From NCBI GenBank assembly GCA_050951325.1, contig JBMNIW010000010.1, positions 1 to 47,712 on the forward strand: a stretch of DNA of 47,712 bases. Direction: 5' to 3'. The position numbers were made by a program, and so were the translations under genes. The number at the start of each line of letters is the position of its first letter. Position 1 is the stretch's first letter. Source of the stretch: Clostridia bacterium. Its GTDB lineage: Bacteria > Bacillota > Clostridia > UBA1212 > DUPL01. Under the pieces are notes generated by a model. It made no database searches, was not told the DNA's origin, and saw only the letters and a program-made list of their open reading frames with translations. This document shows, in pieces, positions 1-9,465 of this stretch.

Positions 1-1
1 G

Positions 2-1198
2 GTATACAAGGCGCATTCTGAGTATTCACATCTGTGGTTCAACTGGGATGGAAAGCCCATGATAATTGGCAAATCCAATGAAGCCAGCCAGGAAGTCAAG
101 AACTTCTTTAGAATAAAGGAAAGCCAATGGCCAAATGAAGGGAAAAAACCCGATGGCTTTCCATGGATGGAATTTTCAAGGCTCCTTCAACCCAGCGCCA
201 TCTATGGCCTTAACGGAAGAAAGGAAGTAATGAACGTATCCATTGCACAGCACAATGTAACAGTTAGAATGAGTGCTGCTGCCTGGTATGGAGGAAAAGA
301 CAGGACAAGAAGTTTTCACAACGGAAAACTGGACACATCGGAAAATGCTGTCCTGTGTGGTTACAACTTTGCAGAGCAATGGGAGTTTGCCATTCAAAAC
401 GACCCCGAGATAGTATTTGTAACAGGCTGGAACGAATGGGTGGCACAAAGACAAAAGCCTGTCGGCAATGAAATTGCTGTATTTATAGATTGTGCCAGCA
501 TGGAAGCCAGCAGGGATGCAGAACCCATGAAAGGCGGCTATGGCGACAATTACTACATGCAGCTGATAGAATATGTTAAAAGATACAAAGGTACGGAACC
601 AAATATTGAAACGGATTCCAACAGGACAATAAAGATAAACAAGGACTTCAGTCAATGGAATGATGTTAAAGCATATTACAAAGACTACACAAACGACATT
701 GTGAACAGAAACCACCCGGGCTTTGGAACCACTGTGTACAGAAACACCACAGGCAGAAATGACATCTATGAGATGAAAGTCTGCAGCGACAAGGACAACA
801 TATATTTTCTTGTTACCTGTGCAAACGACATAACACAGCCGTCCGGCAGCAACTGGATGAATCTATACATAAGGACACAGAACAAATCCAACAATACATG
901 GAATGGATACGATTTTGTTCTAAATAGAACAGCTCCTTCAAAAGACAAGGCCATTTTGGAAAAGTGCTCCCAGAAAGGAGAGTTTTCATGGACCAAAGTG
1001 GCAGAGGTCTCATATTCCATGTATAAAAAATACATGATGGTTGCAATACCCAAATCCGCTTTGGGAATTTCCACAGACAAATTTGCCATACAGTTCAAAT
1101 GGACTGACAACTGCACACCAGGAGATATTTTCTCCTTTTATACAGATGGGGATGCAGCACCCATAGGAAGATTGAACTACGTATACCAGACAGGATGA
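2..1198 (+). CDS. GH99/GH71-like glycoside hydrolase, 5'-partial
   Basis: The frame is open from position 2 (VYKAHSEYSHLWFNWDGKP-M), so the gene starts before the window. Motifs FVTGWNEW, SRDAEP, YGDNYYMQL and the C-terminal DGDAAPIGRLNY are shared with 7000..9453 and 24455..26371. Confidence 0.7.
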   Translation, partial: VYKAHSEYSHLWFNWDGKPMIIGKSNEASQEVKNFFRIKESQWPNEGKKPDGFPWMEFSRLLQPSAIYGLNGRKEVMNVSIAQHNVTVRMSAAAWYGGKDRTRSFHNGKLDTSENAVLCGYNFAEQWEFAIQNDPEIVFVTGWNEWVAQRQKPVGNEIAVFIDCASMEASRDAEPMKGGYGDNYYMQLIEYVKRYKGTEPNIETDSNRTIKINKDFSQWNDVKAYYKDYTNDIVNRNHPGFGTTVYRNTTGRNDIYEMKVCSDKDNIYFLVTCANDITQPSGSNWMNLYIRTQNKSNNTWNGYDFVLNRTAPSKDKAILEKCSQKGEFSWTKVAEVSYSMYKKYMMVAIPKSALGISTDKFAIQFKWTDNCTPGDIFSFYTDGDAAPIGRLNYVYQTG

Positions 1199-1203
1199 AA
1201 AGA

Positions 1204-1248
1204 AAAGACTGCACCGAAGGATAAAACCTTTAGTGCAGTCTTTGTTTT
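1204..1248 (+). terminator. Intrinsic terminator, probably bidirectional
   Basis: AAAGACTGCAC...GTGCAGTCTTT inverted repeat followed by a T-rich tail, just after the stop codon at 1198. Confidence 0.75.
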
Positions 1249-1324
1249 ACTGTTTATGACAATGATGACGAACTGTTCACCTTAAAGACGGGACTGGGAT
1301 TCTGGCATTAGAAAGCTAGAATAG

Positions 1325-1366
1325 AAACTCCTCATCACGATTTTAGAAATTAGCGATGAGGAGTTT
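1325..1366 (-). terminator. Terminator of the NifB/NifX-Mrp operon
   Basis: AAACTCCTCATC...GATGAGGAGTTT inverted repeat immediately downstream of the stop at 1383. Confidence 0.65.
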
Positions 1367-1382
1367 TCAACAAAGAAGCACC

Positions 1383-1742
1383 TTAGTCCTCACATTCATC
1401 ATGATGCTGATGCTCATGACAAACGGAACCAGTAGATTTAAGGGAGCCCTGCAAGTACGCTTCTACTGCTGCTTTAGCATCACCTTTTGCTCCTACAACA
1501 ACTTCAACGTTCCTTTCATTAAAAATCTCAACCGCGCCTCCGCCCATACCACCGCTGATGATGACATTTACACCACGATCAGCAAGAAAGTTAGGTAAGA
1601 ATCCAGGCCTATGCCCGGGGTTAGCAACGGTTTCGCTTTTGATGATTTGATTATTTTCAGTATCAAAAATCATGAAACCTTCGCAATGTCCAAAGTGCTC
1701 AGTCACCATTCCATTTTCGCTTGCTACTGCAATTTTCAGCAT
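1383..1742 (-). CDS. NifB/NifX-family (FeMo-cofactor-binding domain) protein
   Basis: MLKIAVAS...EHFGHC...GVNVIISGGMGGGA motifs and a His/Cys-rich tail. Confidence 0.9.
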   Translation of the reverse strand: MLKIAVASENGMVTEHFGHCEGFMIFDTENNQIIKSETVANPGHRPGFLPNFLADRGVNVIISGGMGGGAVEIFNERNVEVVVGAKGDAKAAVEAYLQGSLKSTGSVCHEHQHHDECED

Positions 1743-1743
1743 T

Positions 1744-2583
1744 TTAGTTTTCCTCCATTTTTTCTAAGATTTTTGCAACCGGCTCAAACCAATTGCCATC
1801 GAAAAGCTCTATCATACCCTTGTCACATGCAGCCGAAATTTTTGGGTCGATAGGTAACTTAGCAAGAACCTTTAAATTATGTTTTTCGGCAATTTCTTCA
1901 ATATGACTTTCGCCAAATATCTGATAGTCCTTTCCATTATCAGGGCATTTAAAGTAGGACATGTTTTCCACCAGACCGATAATAGGGATATTCATCATCT
2001 CAGCCATTTTAACAGCCTTTGATACGATCATGGATACAAGCTCCTGTGGTGAGGTCACAACAATAATCCCATCAACAGCAATAGACTGAAATACCGTAAG
2101 GGGAACATCGCCGGTGCCCGGTGGCATATCAATAAACATAAAATCTACATCGCTCCAAATAACATCTGTCCAAAACTGCTTTACTGTGCCGGCAATAATT
2201 GGCCCTCTCCAGACAACCGGATCAGTGTCGTTTTCTAAAAGCAAATTGACAGACATAATATCAATCCCAGTCTTTGTTTTAACAGGGAATAGACCGAATT
2301 CACTGCCTGAGGCTTTCTCCCTGATACCAAATGCCTTAGGGATAGAAGGCCCGGTGACATCCGCATCAAGGATCGCAGTATGATAGTTCATCCTGTTCAT
2401 GGTAACTGCAAGCATAGAGGTAACAAGTGATTTGCCGACACCACCTTTGCCGCTGACAACACCAATAACCTTTTTTACACTGCTCATCTCATGCAGCTTC
2501 TCGGAGAAATCCGTTTTTTGTTCTTTTCGTTCTGCGCAGTCCTCCGAACAACTGCTACAGCTTTGATTGCAATTTTCGCTCAT
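1744..2583 (-). CDS. mrp: Mrp/NBP35/ApbC-family Fe-S carrier ATPase
   Basis: N-terminal Cys cluster, GKGGVGKS Walker A, WRGP, DMPPGTGD and GLVENMS motifs. Confidence 0.92.
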   Translation of the reverse strand: MSENCNQSCSSCSEDCAERKEQKTDFSEKLHEMSSVKKVIGVVSGKGGVGKSLVTSMLAVTMNRMNYHTAILDADVTGPSIPKAFGIREKASGSEFGLFPVKTKTGIDIMSVNLLLENDTDPVVWRGPIIAGTVKQFWTDVIWSDVDFMFIDMPPGTGDVPLTVFQSIAVDGIIVVTSPQELVSMIVSKAVKMAEMMNIPIIGLVENMSYFKCPDNGKDYQIFGESHIEEIAEKHNLKVLAKLPIDPKISAACDKGMIELFDGNWFEPVAKILEKMEEN

Positions 2584-2600
2584 AATCTTGCTCCTTTTAT

Positions 2601-3422
2601 TTAAAATACAATTTCACTGCCTGCTGACAGGTAATCGATGCTATCACCCATAATAGCTTTCAGCCTTTTATAAGGCTCGATACCTGTGCAATGGCAGGTG
2701 TAAAACTTTGCTTGTGTACCCATCAGGTATTTACCAATTCTATCTATCATTTCAGAGTCCTCGTTTCCGCCTGAGCGGCTGGAAAGATGAAATCCACCTA
2801 TCACATAGCCCGGCATTCGGCCTTTTAGCGTGTGAAAATGCTCAAGTATATTTATGATACCATTATGAGCGCAGCCTGTTACTAATAGGGTTTTCCCGTC
2901 TTCCTCTACCACGAGGTTTTGTTCATGTGCAAAGATATCAGCTATCGTTTGCCCCTTATATTCCTTGAGCAAACCACTGTTTGATTTTGGGCGTGGCTCT
3001 TTTTGGACGATATTAGAGAATACTTGGATTCCACTGTTAATAAAGAAACGGTCTGACGTGAGGATAATTTGTTTGTTTTTCTTCAGATCTTCATCAAGAC
3101 CTATAAAATCCAATTTCTCATTTTTACGGATAGCATAGTGTTTCCCAAAAGCGAATCGGTGTAGAAACACCTCGGCTTTTGTGTTCTCTTTGAAAAATGT
3201 TTTTAGCCCTCCGCCATGGTCATAGTGCCCATGAGAAATTACGACGTAGTCAACATCAGCAATAGTCACATCAAGCTTTTTTGCATTTTGAAGAAACAAA
3301 CCGCTTGCGCCCACATCAAACATTATTTTGTGTTTTTTTGTTTCTACATACAAGCTAAGGCCATGCTCGCTGCCAAAGTCTTTAGATTTCGAGGTGTTTT
3401 CAACCAAAGTTTTAATAAGCAT
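2601..3422 (-). CDS. MBL-fold metallo-hydrolase
   Basis: EHGLS, SHGHYDHGGG, TGCAH, GGFHL and CHCTG motifs. Start moved to the ATG at 3422, which has an AAGGTGG RBS. Confidence 0.88.
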   Translation of the reverse strand: MLIKTLVENTSKSKDFGSEHGLSLYVETKKHKIMFDVGASGLFLQNAKKLDVTIADVDYVVISHGHYDHGGGLKTFFKENTKAEVFLHRFAFGKHYAIRKNEKLDFIGLDEDLKKNKQIILTSDRFFINSGIQVFSNIVQKEPRPKSNSGLLKEYKGQTIADIFAHEQNLVVEEDGKTLLVTGCAHNGIINILEHFHTLKGRMPGYVIGGFHLSSRSGGNEDSEMIDRIGKYLMGTQAKFYTCHCTGIEPYKRLKAIMGDSIDYLSAGSEIVF

Positions 3423-3426
3423 GACT

Positions 3427-4302
3427 TTAGCCACCACCTTTTTCAAAGAGTAAATTCATTGTTTTGTAATAAACCTCTTTAACCGCCGTCCCCGATTTGC
3501 AATCTATATCTACAACGGTTTGACCATTATTAATCGCTTTGACCACGTTAGAGTCAAAGGGTATCCTGCCAATAAAGGGCAGCGCTTGTTTTTTACAAAA
3601 CTCTTCAATCTTCTCTGTATTCTTAATGTTAGTATCGTATTTGTTGATACATACCGCTGTCTTTGTTCCAAATTTTGCTGCTGTATTTATAATGCGCTTC
3701 ATGTCGATGATACCTGATATGGAAGGTTCTGCGACTATCAAAACCATATCCACACCACTAAGTGATGCGATGACAGGACAGCCTATTCCAGGAGATCCAT
3801 CAATAATGGCAAGTTCCGCATCAGCTGCTGCCGCCTTCATTTGCTTTTTCACCTCAGTTACAAGCATTCCGGAGGTACCACTGCCCATTTTTAATTGCGC
3901 TGTTGAAAATACTTTTTCTCCATCAGAATACAGCATTAATTCCCCGGCCACTGCCGGTTTCATAGTTATCGCTTCCACAGGACAAACATACTCACAAACG
4001 CCGCAGCCTTCACATGCGAAAGGATCCACTTTGTATTTTTCATCTATTGAAATAGCATCAAATCGGCAGTTTTGCCTACACTGATCGCATTTAATGCAAT
4101 GTTTCGGATCTATCTCTGCTTTTGGTAGCCCATAATAATCTGTTTTTGCAGGTTTAACACTCCATCCGGTAATGAGGTGCAGGTTAGGCGCATCTACATC
4201 ACAATCCGCATAAGCTTTGGCATCAGCAAGCTTTATAAACGCACTTGCTATTGTCGTTTTTCCGGTTCCACCTTTACCGCTAAGGATTAGTAGTTGTTTC
4301 AC
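3427..4302 (-). CDS. MinD-like P-loop ATPase with inserted 2x[4Fe-4S] ferredoxin domain
   Basis: SGKGGTGKT, DCDVDAPNL, two CxxCxxCxxxC motifs and DGSPGIGC. Confidence 0.9.
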   Translation of the reverse strand: MKQLLILSGKGGTGKTTIASAFIKLADAKAYADCDVDAPNLHLITGWSVKPAKTDYYGLPKAEIDPKHCIKCDQCRQNCRFDAISIDEKYKVDPFACEGCGVCEYVCPVEAITMKPAVAGELMLYSDGEKVFSTAQLKMGSGTSGMLVTEVKKQMKAAAADAELAIIDGSPGIGCPVIASLSGVDMVLIVAEPSISGIIDMKRIINTAAKFGTKTAVCINKYDTNIKNTEKIEEFCKKQALPFIGRIPFDSNVVKAINNGQTVVDIDCKSGTAVKEVYYKTMNLLFEKGGG

Positions 4303-5140
4303 TACACTGCACCTCCTTTGTCACTGTGTCAAGCAGAGAAGAAAACAATTCCCGGTATTCCTCATTTTTATTAACGGCAATTTCCGCATTTGAGTTCAAG
4401 GTTCCAAGTTCCTTGTCAAATGGAATCCTGCCTAAAATCTTAATATTTTTTTCCACACAAAACTTCTCAGCAGGATTTTCTCCTTCCAAACATTTGTTAA
4501 GAATCACCCCAAATGGCCTGTTAAATAACTTGACCAGTTCGTATACCATGTTGAGGTTATGAACACCAAACAATGTCGGTTCAGCCACCAGTATGCAATA
4601 GTCCGCATCTCTGATGCTCTCCATCACAATACAAGAGCTTCCTGGTGGACAGTCGATAAATGTCTGCTTATTTACTTCCGAACTTTCCTCAAGTAGCTTT
4701 TTTATGATAGGAATACCCGTAGCTTCACCGGTGTTCAATACTCCTGTCAATACCGCCACTTCGCCAGAAACACCTTTTTTAATTTTGCCAATAACCTTTG
4801 CTTTCTCTGTTAGTGCTCTTTCGGGACAAACCAAGATACAGCCACCGCAGGAGTGGCACACATCGTCAAAGACAATCAGTTTGTTTCTAATATAGGCAAG
4901 GGTGTTAAAGTTGCAAAATTCAACGCACTTTCGACATCCATTGCATAACTCATGATCAACTTTTGGAATCTTTACTGATATTTCTTCCACCTGAACCCCA
5001 TCAGGCTTAAAAAACAAATGTCCATTCGGCTCTTCTACATCACAGTCTATATATGTGGATGCTTTCGCTATCGCTGCTAAATTCACCGATACCATTGTTT
5101 TTCCTGTGCCGCCCTTGCCGCTTAGCACAGCTATGCTCAT
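4280..5140 (-). CDS. MinD-like P-loop ATPase with inserted 2x[4Fe-4S] ferredoxin domain (paralog)
   Basis: MSIAVLSGKGGTGKT (start at 5140), DCDVEEPN, two ferredoxin motifs and DCPPG. Confidence 0.9.
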   Translation of the reverse strand: MSIAVLSGKGGTGKTMVSVNLAAIAKASTYIDCDVEEPNGHLFFKPDGVQVEEISVKIPKVDHELCNGCRKCVEFCNFNTLAYIRNKLIVFDDVCHSCGGCILVCPERALTEKAKVIGKIKKGVSGEVAVLTGVLNTGEATGIPIIKKLLEESSEVNKQTFIDCPPGSSCIVMESIRDADYCILVAEPTLFGVHNLNMVYELVKLFNRPFGVILNKCLEGENPAEKFCVEKNIKILGRIPFDKELGTLNSNAEIAVNKNEEYRELFSSLLDTVTKEVQCSETTTNP

Positions 5141-5141
5141 A

Positions 5142-5510
5142 TTAATTGCCCCCGTGCCCGTGAAATCCGGCATGAAATTCATCCAACAAAGACAATTTCC
5201 CTTTAATAAAAGCATCAATATTATCTTTGGCTGAACCAGTTGTCGTTTTACAAATTTTGATTTCAGCGGGTTTTAGCACGTCAGCAGCATTTGCACCTAA
5301 GCGGGGAGTGAGTAAAACATCTGCTTTGTTATCAACTATTATTTGTGCAGCCTTAATCCCGGCGCCGCCTGTGCTTGCAGCCGCACTGTTGTCAATAAAT
5401 ATACTCTTCTTCATTTCTACATCATAAATAAGAAAATAGGGAGTACGTCCAAAGGATACACATACATTCGACTCCAAAAATTTCTCATCTACTGGAATTG
5501 CTATTTTCAT
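5142..5510 (-). CDS. NifB/NifX-family protein
   Basis: MKIAIPV...FGRTPYFLIYD...GGAGIKAAQ...GANA motifs. Confidence 0.88.
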   Translation of the reverse strand: MKIAIPVDEKFLESNVCVSFGRTPYFLIYDVEMKKSIFIDNSAAASTGGAGIKAAQIIVDNKADVLLTPRLGANAADVLKPAEIKICKTTTGSAKDNIDAFIKGKLSLLDEFHAGFHGHGGN

Positions 5511-5810
5511 AAGAATCCTCCGTTCTATTTTTGTTTAAATAATTCTCAATTGCGCTGCGTAGCGCACTCTCACCTAAATTTGAGCAGTGAACCTTGTTTT
5601 CAAAAAGTCCATCTAAAGCCTGGATAAGATCTTCTTCCGTAATACTCTGCTTCCTCTAAGGATTTACCCTTTGCTAATACCGACGTCATACTGGATGTTG
5701 CAATTGAAGTACAGCACACCGTAGCTTCCTTCAGCATCTGCATCGGGCATACTATGGGCATATTGCGGACACATAAAATGCTCGATTACTTTTTCTGAAT
5801 ATATGATCAA
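5485..5810 (-). pseudogene. iscU: IscU/NifU-like Fe-S scaffold pseudogene (absent from the ORF track)
   Basis: Manual translation gives three pieces in different frames: IYSEKVIEHFMCPQYAHSMPDADAEGSYG / CCTSIATSSMTSVLAKGKSLEEA / ITEEDLIQALDGLFENKVHCSNLGESALRSAIENY. The first-Cys segment (xCGD) is missing. Confidence 0.8.
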
Positions 5811-5825
5811 CCACCTCTATCCTCA

Positions 5826-6071
5826 TCAACAGCAAAGCGCCTTTCCATTTACTAAAGATTCAGCCAGCTTTTTTCTGGCCTCGATATAAATGCCTTGAAC
5901 GGTGCTGCGCGCACTCTTCTTGAGTGAAGCCTTCCAAATCGATAAGCCTTATGGTTTCATATTCGTCAACAGTCATGTTTATATGGTTTTCTGCGTCGGC
6001 AGGTGAATCAAGAGGCCCAAATCTATTACTGTCAGGCAAAAAACTTGTCTCCACTTCATCGGTCTCGCCAT
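5826..6071 (-). pseudogene. DUF134-family HTH protein pseudogene
   Basis: Frameshifted pieces [12 protein letters not shown] / LPDSNRFGP...[23 protein letters not shown] / [24 protein letters not shown]. The HTH is disrupted and the C-terminus truncated. Confidence 0.82.
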
Positions 6072-6091
6072 AATTCATCACCTACATTCTA

Positions 6092-6129
6092 ATCAGAAAT
6101 AACCAGAGCGTCCTCCAGTTATTTCTGAT
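6092..6129. other. Inverted repeat between the DUF5320 and DUF134 genes
   Basis: ATCAGAAATAAC...GTTATTTCTGAT forms a 12-bp perfect stem. It could be an mRNA stability or attenuation hairpin. Confidence 0.5.
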
Positions 6130-6134
6130 GCTCA

Positions 6135-6413
6135 TTATAGGTTCTACAACTGCTTATCAATAACTTCGGGTCGATCCTGCAAAATGGTTTTCTATTCATT
6201 CAGCAGCTCCTTTTGTGTTTTTGAGGAGGTCTGGTTAAATGCAAATCCTCTACCAAAGCCACGACCGAAACCACGTCTGCAAGCAAGTCCTAGACCTAAT
6301 CCCATTCCGAGACCAGCTCCGTACTTACCTGCATTAGCACCTGTGCAAAGCCCTAATCCTTTTCCAGTCATTGATCCCGCACCCATTGGGCCGGTTCCGT
6401 CTCTTCTCGGCAT
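6135..6413 (-). pseudogene. DUF5320-family Gly/Arg-rich protein with premature stops
   Basis: MPRRDGTGPMGAGSMTGKGLGLC...GFGRGFGRG. The frame continues LLNE*KTILQDRPEVIDKQL*NL*, with two in-frame TAGs in the coiled-coil tail. Confidence 0.75.
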
Positions 6414-6437
6414 GTTTTTCACCTCCTTTTAGTTTCC

Positions 6438-6485
6438 GGCATATGCCATCTATTCTTATTATATTCCTTTTATGGCATATGTCAA
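6438..6485 (-). promoter_or_regulatory. Consensus sigma-A promoter with two palindromic operators
   Basis: TTGACA (6485-6480), 16-nt spacer, TATAAT (6463-6458). Palindromes GGCATATGTC (6474-6483) and GGCATATGCC (6438-6447). Confidence 0.75.
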
Positions 6486-6999
6486 TAACCTTTTTCTTTT
6501 TTACACAAAAAAACAGCCGAGATTTCTCGACTTTTACCCTGCACACCCCTTTTTGAGTTTGCACTCCCCTAAGCACAATGTAATTAAATTGTATCAATCT
6601 CTGCAAAATTATTTAAATATAAATACATTTAACTTGACGTAGATAGGACTTCAAGAGATGGTTTAACTATCAAGACTACTCCACTTATATAGATATTTTC
6701 ACTGTTCATATTTTCTGGTTTTGAGTTATGTTCCTCGTCTAGCATAACAGCTGAATATCAACACCAATTATCTGCCAGTCATTACGGATATGACGTTGTT
6801 TTCCAGTGGTAGAGTGGTAATTATCCCTTTTGAACGACACTTCGATGAAAACAAGCAAGATAAAAGCTTAAAACGCGAATATGCCAAACCGCCCGAGCTC
6901 GTGTAGAACGGAAACGACCACGTTCTGGTGGTGGAATGACCACAATGCTTATCGGATATGCATAGCCGAACATTAACGACTATACCGAATTTTCAGGAA

Positions 7000-9453
7000 T
7001 TAATAATCCCTATCTGACCGCTCCAAAGCACCTCCCCTTTTCTTCCTCTTCCTCAATCCGACAGCAAAGGCCAAACCAGCAGTTGCAAGCACCAAAACAA
7101 CAACTAATACAAGCTTCCATGTGCCAAAGCTATTTGATTTGTATTTTACAGTCGAATACCTGTACTTGAATCGTCCACCAGGAGCAACATTTCCATTCAC
7201 ATAGAAGTCCATTATGTCTCCTTCTTCCTTCATGTTGTCGGACCACTTGAAGTTGATTGTAAATTGATCACCTTCAATCCCCAGCATGGACTTTGGAATT
7301 TTTAGCTGCAGTCGGTTGTGTTTAATGGAGTACTCCACCTCTCCAACCTTCTCCCAGTTCCAGCCACCCAAAGACCTTTCAACCACAGCCTTCTGCCCCG
7401 GAGCAATCCTGTTGACAACATACTCAAAAGTCTCCCAGTCAGGCAATTCCTTGCCTTCGACATCTATAAACAGCCGCATGAAATTGCTGCCAAATTGCAT
7501 CTTTTCCCTGGTTTCCACCATGAAGTATATGTATTCATCATCTCTTGCCACTTTTGCACCAATGATATCATTAACACTGCCTTCCTGCTGGTAGTGCATG
7601 TCTCCGTAACCTCTGTAATCCCTTCCAATATTGTTGCCAGGATACGATGCAAAATATGGGGTCACTTTTTCCCACTGGTCCTCTTCGGAGTGTATGTCTA
7701 TTGTTTGGGGTTCGGACACCCTTGGCGGCGCGGATACCCCTTTGAACTTGCGAATATATGATACCATCTGGTAGTAATAGTGGTCCTTCAACTCTCCTTT
7801 TGATGGCTCTATGTCCCTGCTGTTGTTGTCGTCAAAGGTGTCTGCAAAGGCATTCCTTACTCCCCAGATTTCCTCATTTAATCCTGCGCGCCACTCATTC
7901 CATCCGGTTATGAAGATAAATTCAGGGTCCACTTTCAAAGCGTATTCCCATTGTTCTTCAAAGTTCTTTCCGTACAAATGAGCATTCTCCCTCTTGTCAT
8001 GCCCTTTTAGCAGTGTGGAATAGGATCTGCCAAAAAGTTTCTCAGGTTCGCTAAAACTCATGGGTGTAAGCCCTTGTTCATTGCTCCAGTTCTGGGCAAC
8101 GGAAACGCACACCTGCTCCGGTGTTCCATCCTCGTTGTAAGCTACCTGCTGTGGAATTACTGATATCCACTGCCAGGTAATATATCCCTCTGGCGGATGA
8201 ATATATACCTGTACATTTCCTTTTTCGTCAAATACCTGTGCATGGTCTTCCCTGTATGAAGGGTTTGCTGGCCGGAAAGTGAAGAAATCAAGAATCTCCT
8301 TGTCCACAGGGTCATATTCCATCAAAGCATCAGGACAACCCATAATCAAGGGCTTTCCTTTCCAGTAAAACCATAAATCCTTGTATCTTCCCTTTGAATA
8401 AATCAAATCATAAAGCTGTCTCAATTGATTTGCAGTATCTTCGTATGGACCAAACATCGGCAGCATGAAGGAAACTTGTGGTGTTTTGACTCCATCCGCC
8501 CTTGCTTCAGAAAAGACCTGAAGCAGAGCAAGAAGTCCTTCCTTGAATATATCGGTGCCATTGGTGTTGTCCATTATGATAACGTCAACACCTGCATCAG
8601 CCAGCATCTCTGCCTGCTTTCTAAGGACCCATCTATCCCTTGTATCGTAATAGCCCCAGATGGGCTCGCTCCAGAAGTAGGAATACTTGTTGCCCCAATC
8701 AATATTTGAATAGTTTTTCTCATTTGGGTTCTGCTTAAGTATCCGGGATATGTCTGCAAAGCTGTGGGCAGAAAATCTTGAATGCCATGTATGGAAGAAC
8801 AGCCCGACATACTTTCCTTCTCTTTTCTTTCCTGCATCCTCCCATAAAGGAAGACTTCTGCCAAGACCGTCGGTACATGCCCATGTGTCAGGCTTGGCCA
8901 TAAACTCATTATTAAAATCAGACACATTTTTCAAATCTTCACCATTCCCTGTATTAAATACAACTCTTGCATAAAAATCGATATCCAAAGCGGATGCATT
9001 TTCATAGAATATTGCCTTATCCACATTGTCAATACTTGCCCTTAGCTTGATATTCCCTTGTTCCGGTGTAATAACAATGAGGTACTCTCCCGCTTTTAAG
9101 CTGTCTACATTAAGTACAAGCCATGTATCTCTTCCAAACTTCTCATATGTTTTTGTAAATTCCGGCTGTCTTCGTATTGTTTTTCCATAAGTTGAATCGC
9201 ATGGGACCAAACTCAATGTAAGTCTGCTGCGGTTGACCGGGGCATTTTCAATATACAAATGGAACTCATTGATTACTTCATCTGTATGAAACTTTACAGC
9301 ATATGTAGAGCCAATTTCCAGATCAAAAATGTCTGTCTCTCCATCGGAGTCATACAAATCCACCACCTTGCCATCCGCATGGAAAACCATCCGGCAAAAA
9401 ATCAATGAAAACAAGACAGACACAAAAAGAAACAAGCTTATGTACTTCCTCAT
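7000..9453 (-). CDS. Secreted, C-terminally membrane-anchored GH99/GH71-like glycoside hydrolase
   Basis: Signal peptide, extra N-terminal beta-rich region, TDGLGR, YVGLFF.W, EPIWGYY, DAGVD, FITGWNEW and SRDIEP motifs, then a TM helix and RKRKKR tail. Confidence 0.72.
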   Translation of the reverse strand: MRKYISLFLFVSVLFSLIFCRMVFHADGKVVDLYDSDGETDIFDLEIGSTYAVKFHTDEVINEFHLYIENAPVNRSRLTLSLVPCDSTYGKTIRRQPEFTKTYEKFGRDTWLVLNVDSLKAGEYLIVITPEQGNIKLRASIDNVDKAIFYENASALDIDFYARVVFNTGNGEDLKNVSDFNNEFMAKPDTWACTDGLGRSLPLWEDAGKKREGKYVGLFFHTWHSRFSAHSFADISRILKQNPNEKNYSNIDWGNKYSYFWSEPIWGYYDTRDRWVLRKQAEMLADAGVDVIIMDNTNGTDIFKEGLLALLQVFSEARADGVKTPQVSFMLPMFGPYEDTANQLRQLYDLIYSKGRYKDLWFYWKGKPLIMGCPDALMEYDPVDKEILDFFTFRPANPSYREDHAQVFDEKGNVQVYIHPPEGYITWQWISVIPQQVAYNEDGTPEQVCVSVAQNWSNEQGLTPMSFSEPEKLFGRSYSTLLKGHDKRENAHLYGKNFEEQWEYALKVDPEFIFITGWNEWRAGLNEEIWGVRNAFADTFDDNNSRDIEPSKGELKDHYYYQMVSYIRKFKGVSAPPRVSEPQTIDIHSEEDQWEKVTPYFASYPGNNIGRDYRGYGDMHYQQEGSVNDIIGAKVARDDEYIYFMVETREKMQFGSNFMRLFIDVEGKELPDWETFEYVVNRIAPGQKAVVERSLGGWNWEKVGEVEYSIKHNRLQLKIPKSMLGIEGDQFTINFKWSDNMKEEGDIMDFYVNGNVAPGGRFKYRYSTVKYKSNSFGTWKLVLVVVLVLATAGLAFAVGLRKRKKRGGALERSDRDY

Positions 9454-9465
9454 ACTCTTACCTCT

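Noticed and set aside
1930-1950. Mrp C-terminal CPDN instead of CPxC as a sign of decay
   Set aside because: The rest of the protein is intact and I recall single-Cys variants in the family. I cannot call it inactive without an alignment.
1383-5510. Nitrogen-fixation cluster
   Set aside because: Only stand-alone NifB/NifX-type domains are present, with no nifHDK, nifEN or radical-SAM NifB. This operon type is common in non-diazotrophic anaerobes.
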